A DNA stretch of 47,949 nucleotides from positions 1 to 47,949 of IMG/VR virus record IMGVR_UViG_3300032295_002579; one strand, written 5' to 3'. Source of the stretch: a virus (taxonomy: Duplodnaviria; Caudoviricetes). The notes under the pieces were generated by a model. The model was given only the letters and a program-made list of their open reading frames with translations, was not told where the DNA came from and searched no databases. Of the stretch, positions 17,485-27,920 are shown one piece after another (position 1 is the stretch's first letter; every line of letters begins with the position of its first letter). Position numbers and translations under genes: made by a program.

Positions 17485-20400
17485 TGGCAATTATTGTAAA
17501 TAGTATAATAACCAATCCAAGCATTTTAGATCAAAATGAATCTAATTTAGTTGTGTCTAGAGAAATGACCAGATATTTTGGTCTGCCTCAAGATTATATT
17601 CAACTGTATATTTACAATAATGTTAATACTTTATTAAATAGTAATACTAATTTTCAACGTTATTCTGTAACTGAAAATAAAGAAATAAACTTTGATCCTG
17701 CTATTGATGTTGAAGAAGCAGGATTTAGATTAGGAACTTATAGAATGGTCTATAATTTTCTTAGATCTATTTTAACTAATACTTCTAATCTTAATTTATT
17801 TATAAAAAGTATTTCACCAGATAGAACAGAAATAAAATTAGCCTCTTCGATAGAATCAAATGATGTTTTTTATGCTAATACTATTAATTATATCAATTTA
17901 GTTCAAAGTAGAGATTATTTTATTGAATTTTATTTAGATTTTGGAAGTAATAATTTAATACCTGCTTTATCTATTGCTGCTGAACAAGATATTTCTGGTA
18001 ATAGTTATGCTATAATTAAATTAGTTGATCCTTTACCTCAAACGTATGCAATAAATAGTCCTTTAAATGCTGTAGAAAAAATAGTTGATACAAAGGAATA
18101 TCAAGCTGTTTTAACAGCAGATCCTATAGTACCTCAATTTCCATCATTAAGAGAAGCTAATTTTAGTTTAGATGTAGATTCCGTTAGAATTGGTTCAAGT
18201 GATTATTATAATTATAACCAAATAATAACTCAAACCGGATCTAATTCTCAATTTCAACAATTATTAGGATATATTTCCGCTTCCAATCCAAGAATAAATG
18301 TTGATTATACAAATTATTCTAATTTTATTCACTTTGGATCAGCTACTCAGATATTAGAAACTTTTAAGAACCAATTAGAAAAAATACAAATTTATCAAGG
18401 ATACATTAATTCTTTACCTCCTACTGATCCTAATTATATTATATTTACTAATAGAATAAATGGAATTTTACAACAATTTAATGGTTATGAAAATTATTTA
18501 TACAACGAATCTAGTAGCTATGCTTGGCCTAAGTATCCTGGAGATAAACCTTATGTAAATTATTCTGTAACTTCATCTCAAGCTATAACTTGGTACAATG
18601 AACAATATGAATCTGCTAGTTATTATGATGAATTTAATAATGATTATTTAGTTTATGGTTTACCTACTTACTTACAAGAAAGTCCTACATTTGATGAAGT
18701 AAAACCTTTTGTTAATTCAATGGGTCAATTATTTGACGACATTTGGATTTACATTAAGGCAATGACTGACTTGTGGAAAGCTGAAAATGCTTTAAATGAT
18801 GGTATTAGTAAAGATCTTGTAGCTAATGCTTTACAATCTTTAGGCATTCATCTTTATACAGATGGTGATCAAGATAATCTTTATGAATGGTTATATGGAG
18901 TAGATTCAAGTGGAAGTTATACATATCCAACTCAATCTTGGCAAGTAGGAGTTACAGCTTCTAAATACACAATGTCTGGTCAAGATGAAGCTAAAAGTAT
19001 TTTTAAAAGAATTTATGCTAACTTACCTACACTTTTAAAAAGTAAAGGAACTGATAAATTCATTAATTATTTAAATACAGCTTTTGGAATACCTGAAACT
19101 ATTTTATTTCCAATGGAATTTGGTGGTATAGATAAAACGTCTAATACTGCTGAATACAATTATTCAAGATTTACTTCTGCTTTACAATTTAGTCCTTATA
19201 AATATACTTTTGTTGAAAATTTAACGGGAAATCCATATGGAATTGATGGTTTAGAATTTAGATTTAAACCTACTCCATTAAATACTTCTAATACTCAAAC
19301 TTTATTAGTTGGAGCAAATCACACAACTCCATCAACTGCTAATTGGGGAATTATTTTAACCCCAACTAGTGTAAATGGTTATGATTATGCTAATGTAACT
19401 TTATATAACAATGGAATTACTAGTTCAGTTAGTTTACCTATTTTTGTAACAGGATCAGGTGATGACTATGATTGGTGGAATGTTGTTTGGCAAAATGAAG
19501 GAACAGGTTCTAAATTTTACGTAAAAAATGAATTAAATGGAGAAATAGGATTTAATGTTTCTGCTTCAAATCCTAATCCTGTTTTTGATAATATTAATAC
19601 TAGAATAGAATTAGGTAACGTAAATACATTATATGGAACTACTTTACCTAGTATTTTTGGTTCAGGAAATTGTTATTGTCAATTACAAGAATTAAGAGGA
19701 TGGACTACTGCTTTGAGTGAATCTGCTTTAAATGCTCACACTTTAAATCCTGAATCTTATGTAGGAAATAGTACTAGTTCTGCTTATAATGATTTATTAT
19801 TTAGATTTCCTTTAGGAAATGATCTGTATACTAATTTTGGAATAATAACAGGATCACAACCTCAACCTTCTTCTGATTATTTCTTATATTTTAATGGATC
19901 TTGGAATCAAGAAGATTATGTGTATTTTACTGAACAATATTATACTCAACCTGCTGTAGGTGGATATTCCGTTCCTAATACAGATAAAATAAGAATTGAA
20001 TCACAAACTTTAGCTACTAATAGATTACAACCATTAAAATCTGTAGTTTACAACAATCCTACTGCTAGTAGAACACTTGACATTCATTTAACTCAAGTAG
20101 GTTTTAGTCCACAAGATCAAATAAATAATGACATTATAGCTCAATTAGGTGATACTTATAATTTAGATCAAATTATAGGAGATCCTAGATTTAGTGATTT
20201 AAATTATTATCCGGGAATAGAACCTTTACAAGAACAATACTTTGAAAAATATTTATCAGCTTATAATTACAAAGATTTCATTCAATTAATTGAAACTTTT
20301 CATAAGTCTTTATTTAGATATTTAGCTGACTATGTTCCTGGAAGAACAAATAATGCTACTGGAGTTGTAATTAAACCTCACATTTTAGAAAGAAGTAAAA

Positions 20401-22550
20401 CAAGAAGATATGAACCTACTATAGATACAGCTTCTTACAGTGGTCAAACTTTAACAGTTAGTATTTCTGGGTCTAATTCAGGTGATTATTGTTGTACTAG
20501 AAATTCAACATTTAATGAAGCTTTCTTTGATGGAGAATTTAGTGGTTCTTTAATTCCTGTAGACAGTTATTATGAACAAAATAATCCTTTTACTAGAGCT
20601 CTTTGTGATTGTCATCGTTATCAAGTAACAAGTAATCAAGATTTTCTTTATGTTAATTGTAATGGAGAAATATTATTACAAAATATACCGGGACCTGCTT
20701 ATGAAGTTATTCAAATATATGCTTGTGCTGGAACCAATAATATAGTTTTTCCTTTAGGAGGAGCTCCATATATTCAAGATTTAGGAAGATTTGCTGAGCA
20801 ACAAGCTTTTGTTGAACAATATGAAGGATGGGATGCTTTAAATAATAATGTAGAACAAAATGTTATTTCTCAATTTAAAAAACAAAGACAACCTTCATTA
20901 CAAAATTTATTTGGACCTTGTTTTAGAACAAATGTAGGTAATGGATCAGGTTTTTCTGTTAATTTCCAATATGAAGATTGTGATGGAAATACTCAAACAG
21001 ATTCATTATCATCTTTTAGTGCTAAAACCATTAATTTAATATTAAATTCAGTAACGTTTAATGGATCTAATCCTGCTGCTTATTCTGTAGATTATAAAAC
21101 AAATTTAAATAATCAAATTACTTCATCTTATCAATGGCAAGATTCTTACTTGTCAGATGCAGGATATATTCGTTCTAGAGAATCAGGTTCAAGTACTACA
21201 TCACTTGGATTTAATCAAAATATTATAAATAGTCCTATTGGAAATATTCCTAATGTAGAAGAAAGTTTTCCTTATATGCTTTATTATGATTGGGCTACTA
21301 GTTCATTATCTGAAAGAGTAAATAGCAATAATATACATATAAGATACTTAATAGATGAAACAGGTAGTGTTTATACTCCTACTTATACTTCATCTTATTA
21401 TTGGACTGTAGATCAAGGTTTTGGAGAAAATACTCCCGTAGATATTACATTATTTGATCCTTTAACTCAAAGAATTAGTGCTACTAAGCAAACTACTGTA
21501 TATAGATCTTTAAGAAAATTTGAAACTGTTTTATACACAGATACCGGATCTTTAGGAAATACTTTTTTAGTTAATGGATTTTATCCAACTATGTCTTTCT
21601 TAGATTCAAATGGTTTTTTATATGGAGTTAATTTTAGAGTAAATTATGATGGAAGTGGATATACTCCTGTAAATTTTGAAGGTATAAAATTTAATCAAAT
21701 AATTAGTGATCCACAAGGAGGATGGAATTCTTCAAGATATGTTTATACATCTAAAGGTAATTCTTCTGATCAAGTAAATATATCAACCTATATTACTTTT
21801 GAAAATCAATTTTCACTTTCACCAGTTGTAAAAGTTAATTTATATAGAAACACAACATTATTAGAAAGCAAATCAGTAACCGTAGGACCATTACAAACTC
21901 GATTTATTTTAATTTCCAAAACTTCAGATTTTAATTTTAGTGATGAATTTTACGTAACATGTGAAGCCACTTTTGGAACTCTTAATGATTTATTAATAAA
22001 ATCACCATCATATTTTATTATTTCTAATGTTACTAATCCTCGTACTCCTCCTCCTAATGTAACTTCTTCTTATTTTACTAGTAGTTTTAACGGAACTGTA
22101 TTAACGGCTAGTAATGCTTTAAGTTATTATTATAACCAAGGATTTAGTCAATTATCTTTTACTAGTAGTGGATTTCAACCACCTATACCTTTTACTATAC
22201 AACGTTATGATCAAATAAGATTTGGTAGCAATGAAGAACAAGTTTATACAATTATATCTTCATCAATTTCCCAATCTTTTACAGCTGGTACTTCTACAGG
22301 AAGTTTATGTTTACATTTAGATAGAACACCTCAAGGACAAAATTTAAATTATTTTACTATAAGACGTTTGGTAGAAGAACCTAGCTTTATTATCGTAAAT
22401 AATAACACAAATGGAAATATTAATTCACCTAAATCAGATATTCAAATACAAGCACCTGGATTTATAATACCTACATATACATCAGAAACTTTGAAAAGTA
22501 ACATACCAACAATAATATCAAAACTATCATCAGAAGGATTAATTCCTTAA
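17484..22550 (+). CDS. Large baseplate/tail structural protein with possible LamG-like domain
   Basis: 1688 aa; LEFRFK...QLQELRGWTTALSE resembles concanavalin/LamG ends; baseplate context. Confidence 0.65.
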   Translation: MAIIVNSIITNPSILDQNESNLVVSREMTRYFGLPQDYIQLYIYNNVNTLLNSNTNFQRYSVTENKEINFDPAIDVEEAGFRLGTYRMVYNFLRSILTNTSNLNLFIKSISPDRTEIKLASSIESNDVFYANTINYINLVQSRDYFIEFYLDFGSNNLIPALSIAAEQDISGNSYAIIKLVDPLPQTYAINSPLNAVEKIVDTKEYQAVLTADPIVPQFPSLREANFSLDVDSVRIGSSDYYNYNQIITQTGSNSQFQQLLGYISASNPRINVDYTNYSNFIHFGSATQILETFKNQLEKIQIYQGYINSLPPTDPNYIIFTNRINGILQQFNGYENYLYNESSSYAWPKYPGDKPYVNYSVTSSQAITWYNEQYESASYYDEFNNDYLVYGLPTYLQESPTFDEVKPFVNSMGQLFDDIWIYIKAMTDLWKAENALNDGISKDLVANALQSLGIHLYTDGDQDNLYEWLYGVDSSGSYTYPTQSWQVGVTASKYTMSGQDEAKSIFKRIYANLPTLLKSKGTDKFINYLNTAFGIPETILFPMEFGGIDKTSNTAEYNYSRFTSALQFSPYKYTFVENLTGNPYGIDGLEFRFKPTPLNTSNTQTLLVGANHTTPSTANWGIILTPTSVNGYDYANVTLYNNGITSSVSLPIFVTGSGDDYDWWNVVWQNEGTGSKFYVKNELNGEIGFNVSASNPNPVFDNINTRIELGNVNTLYGTTLPSIFGSGNCYCQLQELRGWTTALSESALNAHTLNPESYVGNSTSSAYNDLLFRFPLGNDLYTNFGIITGSQPQPSSDYFLYFNGSWNQEDYVYFTEQYYTQPAVGGYSVPNTDKIRIESQTLATNRLQPLKSVVYNNPTASRTLDIHLTQVGFSPQDQINNDIIAQLGDTYNLDQIIGDPRFSDLNYYPGIEPLQEQYFEKYLSAYNYKDFIQLIETFHKSLFRYLADYVPGRTNNATGVVIKPHILERSKTRRYEPTIDTASYSGQTLTVSISGSNSGDYCCTRNSTFNEAFFDGEFSGSLIPVDSYYEQNNPFTRALCDCHRYQVTSNQDFLYVNCNGEILLQNIPGPAYEVIQIYACAGTNNIVFPLGGAPYIQDLGRFAEQQAFVEQYEGWDALNNNVEQNVISQFKKQRQPSLQNLFGPCFRTNVGNGSGFSVNFQYEDCDGNTQTDSLSSFSAKTINLILNSVTFNGSNPAAYSVDYKTNLNNQITSSYQWQDSYLSDAGYIRSRESGSSTTSLGFNQNIINSPIGNIPNVEESFPYMLYYDWATSSLSERVNSNNIHIRYLIDETGSVYTPTYTSSYYWTVDQGFGENTPVDITLFDPLTQRISATKQTTVYRSLRKFETVLYTDTGSLGNTFLVNGFYPTMSFLDSNGFLYGVNFRVNYDGSGYTPVNFEGIKFNQIISDPQGGWNSSRYVYTSKGNSSDQVNISTYITFENQFSLSPVVKVNLYRNTTLLESKSVTVGPLQTRFILISKTSDFNFSDEFYVTCEATFGTLNDLLIKSPSYFIISNVTNPRTPPPNVTSSYFTSSFNGTVLTASNALSYYYNQGFSQLSFTSSGFQPPIPFTIQRYDQIRFGSNEEQVYTIISSSISQSFTAGTSTGSLCLHLDRTPQGQNLNYFTIRRLVEEPSFIIVNNNTNGNINSPKSDIQIQAPGFIIPTYTSETLKSNIPTIISKLSSEGLIP

Positions 22551-22577
22551 TATTTATACTATATAATAATATAAAAA

Positions 22578-23243
22578 ATGGCGTATTTAAATAATGAATT
22601 TGTAACAGTAGACGCAGTTTTAACAACTAAAGGTAGAGAATTGTTAGCTCGTAATGATGGTTCTTTTAGAATCACTCAATTTGCTTTATCAGACGATGAA
22701 ATAGATTATACTCTTTATAATCCAAATCATCCATCAGGATCAGCCTATTATGGTGAAGCTATTGAAAAAATGCCTTTATTGCAAGCTTTTGTAGACAATA
22801 CTCAAGATATGAAATATCAATTGGTAACTTTGCCAAGAGGAACTGCTAAATTACCTGTATTGAACATTGGTGGTAGAGGTAGTATTAGTTTACAACAAGG
22901 AGCTACAATTACTTTTACTCCTACTACATTAAATTATTTGGGTACAATAGAAAGTGTTGAACCATTAGGTTATTTAGTTACAATTTCAAATCAAAATTTA
23001 GTAGCAAGTTTTACAGGAACAGGAGTTAATACAACTGCTTTACCAAGCATTTCTCCTACCCCTACAACTTCTGGAGCTCCGTTAAGTATTTCTCAAATAG
23101 GAACAGCGTTTACTTTAACAGCAACAACATTAAACGATATTTTTCCTACAGGTGTTACAAAAGTAACAACAACTATAAATTTCTTAGGAAGAAATTCAGG
23201 AGCCAGAATTAGCATTCCATTCACAGTTAACAAGAAAGTATAA
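22578..23243 (+). CDS. Tail/baseplate structural protein
   Basis: AVLTTKGRELLA...ITQFALSD start resembles tail-collar/fibre attachment proteins; class L motif 22549-22557. Confidence 0.6.
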   Translation: MAYLNNEFVTVDAVLTTKGRELLARNDGSFRITQFALSDDEIDYTLYNPNHPSGSAYYGEAIEKMPLLQAFVDNTQDMKYQLVTLPRGTAKLPVLNIGGRGSISLQQGATITFTPTTLNYLGTIESVEPLGYLVTISNQNLVASFTGTGVNTTALPSISPTPTTSGAPLSISQIGTAFTLTATTLNDIFPTGVTKVTTTINFLGRNSGARISIPFTVNKKV

Positions 23244-24268
23244 TGTCATACACCGTATTAACAGCCGACGATCAAACAGTAAGTAACGAAATAGTAGTAA
23301 GTGCTGCTTGGACCAATAATCAATACACTTTAACAAGTTTTTACACTAGTTCTGTTCAAGAACAAGGAGAAACAGGTAAATTTTATTTAAATGTTTATCA
23401 AACAGCTTCAACTAGTACTAGTGCAGAAAATCAATTTGCTATTGCTTATGGAAATTTAAATGGTTCAGGATCTTATTATTTTAATTCAGTAACACCTACC
23501 TATACTCCTACTAAAGACATTTATGGACAATATAAAGCTTTAATTTTAGGAGATGAAAATAGTAAATTTAATTTTGATTATGTTAGTGGTTCTGATGATT
23601 TTGTTGTTATTTCTGTAGCTAGAAGTAGATACAAACAAAGTTTTAACCCAGGAAGCTTAACATTGAATTTACAGAATGGATCAGGTGTTATTACATTAAC
23701 AGATAATAGCCAAGTTCAAACATCTGCTACTTTTATTAATAATACTCAATATTATACTTTAGTAAGTGGAAGTCAAGGAAGTGTAGTAAGTTCTACTCCT
23801 ACAGTTTCTGGAAGTTATGGTTATGTATTTCCTGATATGGGTTTAATTATGTTAAATCCAAATGCTTTACAATTACCTTTTGTAAGTGGTGGATTAAATG
23901 TTTCTTGGAACAGAACTCCATCTTCTACTACTCCTCCTAGTCCTTTTTATAACTACAACAATCGAATTGCTTTCAATTTAATAAGCAGCAGTGGAGCTTT
24001 TAGTTTACAATCATCTGAAGTATTGAGTAGTAATTTTCTTTTCTGTAGAGCTAGAAATGCAGAATACAACTATACAGCTAATCCTACTGTTATTGATAAC
24101 GATGGAAATTTAATTTATAATCAGTTAATTTATTCACCTGTTACTTACATTACAACTGTAGGTTTATATAATGACAGTAATGAATTGTTAGCTGTTGCTA
24201 AATTAAGCAAACCTTTACAAAAAGATTTTACTAAAGAAACTCTTGTAAGAGTTAAATTAGATTATTAA
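23243..24268 (+). CDS. Tail/baseplate structural protein
   Basis: C-terminal YITTVGLYNDSNELLAVAKLSKP...VKLDY. Confidence 0.65.
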   Translation: MSYTVLTADDQTVSNEIVVSAAWTNNQYTLTSFYTSSVQEQGETGKFYLNVYQTASTSTSAENQFAIAYGNLNGSGSYYFNSVTPTYTPTKDIYGQYKALILGDENSKFNFDYVSGSDDFVVISVARSRYKQSFNPGSLTLNLQNGSGVITLTDNSQVQTSATFINNTQYYTLVSGSQGSVVSSTPTVSGSYGYVFPDMGLIMLNPNALQLPFVSGGLNVSWNRTPSSTTPPSPFYNYNNRIAFNLISSSGAFSLQSSEVLSSNFLFCRARNAEYNYTANPTVIDNDGNLIYNQLIYSPVTYITTVGLYNDSNELLAVAKLSKPLQKDFTKETLVRVKLDY

Positions 24269-25290
24269 TGTCTGATACCGCATTAAAAAGATTAAATGTA
24301 AGTGACGTATTTACCATTCCTTATGAAGCAAATAAGTTATGGTCTATACCATCATCTAGCTTTGAAGATGATGGAATATTTTTTCAAATAGGAACATACA
24401 CAGATTCTCAAGACAAAACAACTTACACTTACTCAGATCTTTTATATAAATCGGTATTAGCAAATTATTATCCTACTTTTTATCCTACATTTTCTCACAG
24501 TACTGCTAGTTACAGTCAAACTATTTATTGGTCAACAAATTTAAGTACTGCTAGTTATAGTGGTTTACAAAATATAGGAAATCAAGTTACAACAGAAAAA
24601 TATTTTCCTACTACTAGTGGAAGTTTTATTTATACTTTAAATATTCCTACTAGTCTCTATTCAAATAAAATTGTTCCTACTACTTTTGAAATGTATGTAA
24701 GTGGAGGAAAAATATATGATGATGGAGAATATAACTTAAGATGGTCAGGTTCTAATCAAAGTAGCAGTATAAATACAATAATAAGTCAAAGTAGTTATGT
24801 AGGAAATTTATTTTATGAACAAGGATTAGGAGTATTAACCATAGTTCCTAATAGTATTATTCCTCCTCCACCTATTTCATATGATTGGGTAGTTATATGG
24901 ATGGAAAATACAGGAGCCGGAGGAACACCAGTTTGGGGAGGTACTTATAGCTATGTTAATGATTCTAATATTAGTGCTTCTATTAATCTTGGTCAAGGAA
25001 TATATAGTAATGTACTAGGAGCTTTATTTAAGAAAAAATCAGGAACAGGAACCTGGACAGTAAATGTAGGAACACCTATTACGTTTAACATTCAAAATCA
25101 CGTAGATCAAAGCCCAATTCCAGCAGATGCTAAATTTATATTTCCTGCCGGTTCTACAGGAGTTATAGCTGTTTTAGGAAGTGGAGCTGTAATAACTTAT
25201 ACTTCTCCTTTACCTAGTCCTACAGATGTTTATGGATATGCAGTATTAGGAAATACAAGTGGAGATGGAATTCAATATGCAGGAGTATAA
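24268..25290 (+). CDS. Structural protein: N-terminal part of a paralog of 23243 plus extra C-terminal domain
   Basis: IYDDGEYNL...VGNLFYEQGLGVLT parallels LTDNS...YGYVFPDMGLIML of 23243; PPPP linker then unrelated domain. Confidence 0.6.
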   Translation: MSDTALKRLNVSDVFTIPYEANKLWSIPSSSFEDDGIFFQIGTYTDSQDKTTYTYSDLLYKSVLANYYPTFYPTFSHSTASYSQTIYWSTNLSTASYSGLQNIGNQVTTEKYFPTTSGSFIYTLNIPTSLYSNKIVPTTFEMYVSGGKIYDDGEYNLRWSGSNQSSSINTIISQSSYVGNLFYEQGLGVLTIVPNSIIPPPPISYDWVVIWMENTGAGGTPVWGGTYSYVNDSNISASINLGQGIYSNVLGALFKKKSGTGTWTVNVGTPITFNIQNHVDQSPIPADAKFIFPAGSTGVIAVLGSGAVITYTSPLPSPTDVYGYAVLGNTSGDGIQYAGV

Positions 25291-25676
25291 TGACTAGTAG
25301 TTTATACATATCAAATATTCAATTTAAAAATAGTTATACACTATATGAACAAAATATGATTTGTAGAGTAAAAGACTATGAATTTAATACTAGTTACAAT
25401 CCAACTTTATCAACAGGTTCTGTAGGATTTATTTATGAATCAGCTTCTCTTTGGATTACTTCTTCTACTTTACCTTACAATTACACTGGAACTTATTATA
25501 CTTATCCTGATAACCAATTAAAAGACTTTGCAACGGCTAGTTATTTTAGTCCTTATGTAGGATCAATAGGTTTTTACAACGACTCAAATCAACTTTTAGC
25601 TGTAGCCAAAATGTCACAACCTGTTCCTTTATCAAACGAAACAGACATAACATTTATAGTTAAACTAGACTGGTAA
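25290..25676 (+). CDS. Structural protein: C-terminal part of a paralog of 23243
   Basis: CRVKDYEFNTSYNPT and IGFYNDSNQLLAVAKMSQP...VKLDW match the C-terminus of 23243. Confidence 0.7.
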   Translation: MTSSLYISNIQFKNSYTLYEQNMICRVKDYEFNTSYNPTLSTGSVGFIYESASLWITSSTLPYNYTGTYYTYPDNQLKDFATASYFSPYVGSIGFYNDSNQLLAVAKMSQPVPLSNETDITFIVKLDW

Positions 25677-26161
25677 TGAATACAATCAACAACATGTGGT
25701 ACTCATTTAAAAATGAGGGCATAAAATACTACACAGAATTAACAGATTTTCCTGAAAATACTTATGGATTCATTTATAAAATTACTCATTCTGAATCAAA
25801 ACAGTATTACATAGGAAAAAAAGTACTTTACAACACAACTAATGTTAAATTAGGAAAAAAAGAATTATTAAATTTACCTACTCAAAGAGGTAAAAAACCT
25901 TCAACTAAACAAATAATAAAAGAAAGCAATTGGCGTAATTATTATGGCAGCAATAAAGACTTTTTAGAATACATCAAAGCTGAAGGAGAAAATAATTTTA
26001 AAAAAGAAATACTTCATATTTGTCAAAATAAATTAGAATTAACTTATTGGGAAACTCATTATTTATTTATAAACAACGTTTTATTTGATGAATTAAGCTA
26101 CAACAGTAATATTTTAGGAAAATTTTATAAAGGAAAACTAATATTATTAGATCAATCATAA
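25676..26161 (+). CDS. GIY-YIG family nuclease
   Basis: YGFIYKITH...YYIGKK, YYGS, conserved E and terminal YN. Confidence 0.75.
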   Translation: MNTINNMWYSFKNEGIKYYTELTDFPENTYGFIYKITHSESKQYYIGKKVLYNTTNVKLGKKELLNLPTQRGKKPSTKQIIKESNWRNYYGSNKDFLEYIKAEGENNFKKEILHICQNKLELTYWETHYLFINNVLFDELSYNSNILGKFYKGKLILLDQS

Positions 26162-26191
26162 TTTGGTTTTTTTAGGTTTTCTTATTATTAT
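26162..26191 (+). promoter_or_regulatory. Class E promoter-like TTTGG-N19-TATTAT
   Basis: ATG at 26199 lies 7 nt downstream. Confidence 0.6.
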
Positions 26192-26198
26192 ATTAATA

Positions 26199-27125
26199 AT
26201 GGAAAACATCTTGCTTCTAAATTGTTTAGAAAGTGTTTTAGGAAAAGGAAAAAAAAGTAGTAGTGGTAACTATGCTTTTCATTGTCCTTTTTGCAATCAC
26301 CATAAACCTAAATTAGAAATTAAATTACAAACTAATTTAAAAGGTGAAAATCCATACCATTGTTGGGTTTGCAATGTAAAAGGTCTTCAACTACCTACAT
26401 TGTTTAAAAAAACAAAAACATCTAGAGAAAAAATATTTGAATTGAGAAGTATTTTAGGTGTTAGTCCAAAAGAAGACTTACAAAAACAATTTACAGACGT
26501 AAAATTACCAAAAGAATTTAAACACTTAATAGCAGACACAAGTTTAGAAGCAAAAATAGCTAAAAGTTATTTGAAAAAAAGAGGAATAACAGAAGTAGAA
26601 ATAATAAAATACAACATAGGACATGCAACTAGTGGACGTTACTCTAATCATATTATCGTTCCTTCTTTTGATGGACATAATAATATCAATTATTTTGTTG
26701 CCCGTAGTTTGGATCATAAGGCTTATAGAAAATACGACACACCAGAGTGCAATAAAAACGAAATTATTGGCTTTGAGGCATTCATTAATTGGGAAATGCC
26801 TATTATTCTTGTGGAGGGGGCATTTGACGCAATGGCTGTTCGTCGCAATGCTATTCCTTTGTTTGGCAAGACACTTTCTAACGCTTTAATGAAAAAACTC
26901 GTTGAATCTAGCGTAAAAACTATATATATCGCGTTAGACATTGATGCTAAAAAAGACGCGTTAGATCACGCGCAAACTTTACTGAATTACGGTAAAGAAG
27001 TTTATTGGGTTGATATGAAAAGTAAAGATCCAAGTGACTTAGGTTTTGAACAATTTACTAAATTATTACATGATGCTCAACCATTAACTTTTAGTGACAT
27101 CATGATGTTAAAAATGAATATATGA
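26199..27125 (+). CDS. DNA primase (Zn finger + TOPRIM)
   Basis: CPFCNH...HCWVC zinc finger; LVEGAFDA and ALDIDA TOPRIM motifs; start moved to ATG 26199. Confidence 0.9.
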   Translation: MENILLLNCLESVLGKGKKSSSGNYAFHCPFCNHHKPKLEIKLQTNLKGENPYHCWVCNVKGLQLPTLFKKTKTSREKIFELRSILGVSPKEDLQKQFTDVKLPKEFKHLIADTSLEAKIAKSYLKKRGITEVEIIKYNIGHATSGRYSNHIIVPSFDGHNNINYFVARSLDHKAYRKYDTPECNKNEIIGFEAFINWEMPIILVEGAFDAMAVRRNAIPLFGKTLSNALMKKLVESSVKTIYIALDIDAKKDALDHAQTLLNYGKEVYWVDMKSKDPSDLGFEQFTKLLHDAQPLTFSDIMMLKMNI

Positions 27126-27907
27126 TAGAAAAAGGACACAATATTGAAAAACATCCTTACTTAAAAAGGATTGTAGAACATAAAGGAGAACAAATCAACT
27201 TTTTAGATAGTAGATTTTACAAAACAGAAGATGGACAATACTATCCATCAGTAACTTCTATTTTAAACTTTTATCCAAAAAACAAGTTTTTTGAAAGTTG
27301 GTTAAAAGATGTTAGTCACAATAGTGATATTATTGTTAGAAAAGCAAGTGAAGAAGGAACTCAAGTTCACAATGCTATTGAAAAGTTTTTAGACGGTGAA
27401 GAAATCATTTGGATGGATGAACATAAACATGCTAAATACTCATTAGATGTTTGGAAAATGATTTTAAAATTTTCAGATTTTTGGAATACTTATAAACCAG
27501 AATTATTAGCTAGTGAAATTCACTTATTGAATCATGAACACAAATACGCAGGAACATGTGATTTAGTAGTAAAAATTGATGAAAAAGTTTATCTTTTAGA
27601 CATAAAAACATCAAATTCATTACATACTAGTTATAACTTACAACTGTCAGCTTATGCTAAAGCATGGAATGACACTTATCCTCAAGAAAAAATAGATGGA
27701 GTTGGTGTTCTGTGGTTAAAATCAAGTAAAAGAAAAAAGAATAAAGAAAATTTTAATGGTGAAGGGTGGGAAATAGTATTTCCTGACAAATCAATAGATG
27801 AGTATTTTACTATGTTTAAAAATATTTATGAAATATATTTATTAGAAAACCCAAACCAAAAACCCTTATTTGAAAGTTTACCTACTTCAGTTAAGTTAGA
27901 ACAATAA
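27122..27907 (+). CDS. PD-(D/E)XK (RecB/Cas4-like) exonuclease
   Basis: YPSVTSIL, GTQVH, YAGTCDLV, LDIKTS, QLSAYA. Confidence 0.85.
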   Translation: MIEKGHNIEKHPYLKRIVEHKGEQINFLDSRFYKTEDGQYYPSVTSILNFYPKNKFFESWLKDVSHNSDIIVRKASEEGTQVHNAIEKFLDGEEIIWMDEHKHAKYSLDVWKMILKFSDFWNTYKPELLASEIHLLNHEHKYAGTCDLVVKIDEKVYLLDIKTSNSLHTSYNLQLSAYAKAWNDTYPQEKIDGVGVLWLKSSKRKKNKENFNGEGWEIVFPDKSIDEYFTMFKNIYEIYLLENPNQKPLFESLPTSVKLEQ

Positions 27908-27920
27908 CATATTTATTGTT

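Noticed and set aside
25676-26161. Intron-encoded homing endonuclease or group I intron
   Set aside because: Free-standing, TAATG-coupled gene with no flanking non-coding space for an intron core and intact neighbours
27122-27907. Cas4 as part of a CRISPR system
   Set aside because: No Fe-S cysteine cluster or array; sits next to primase like an ordinary phage exonuclease
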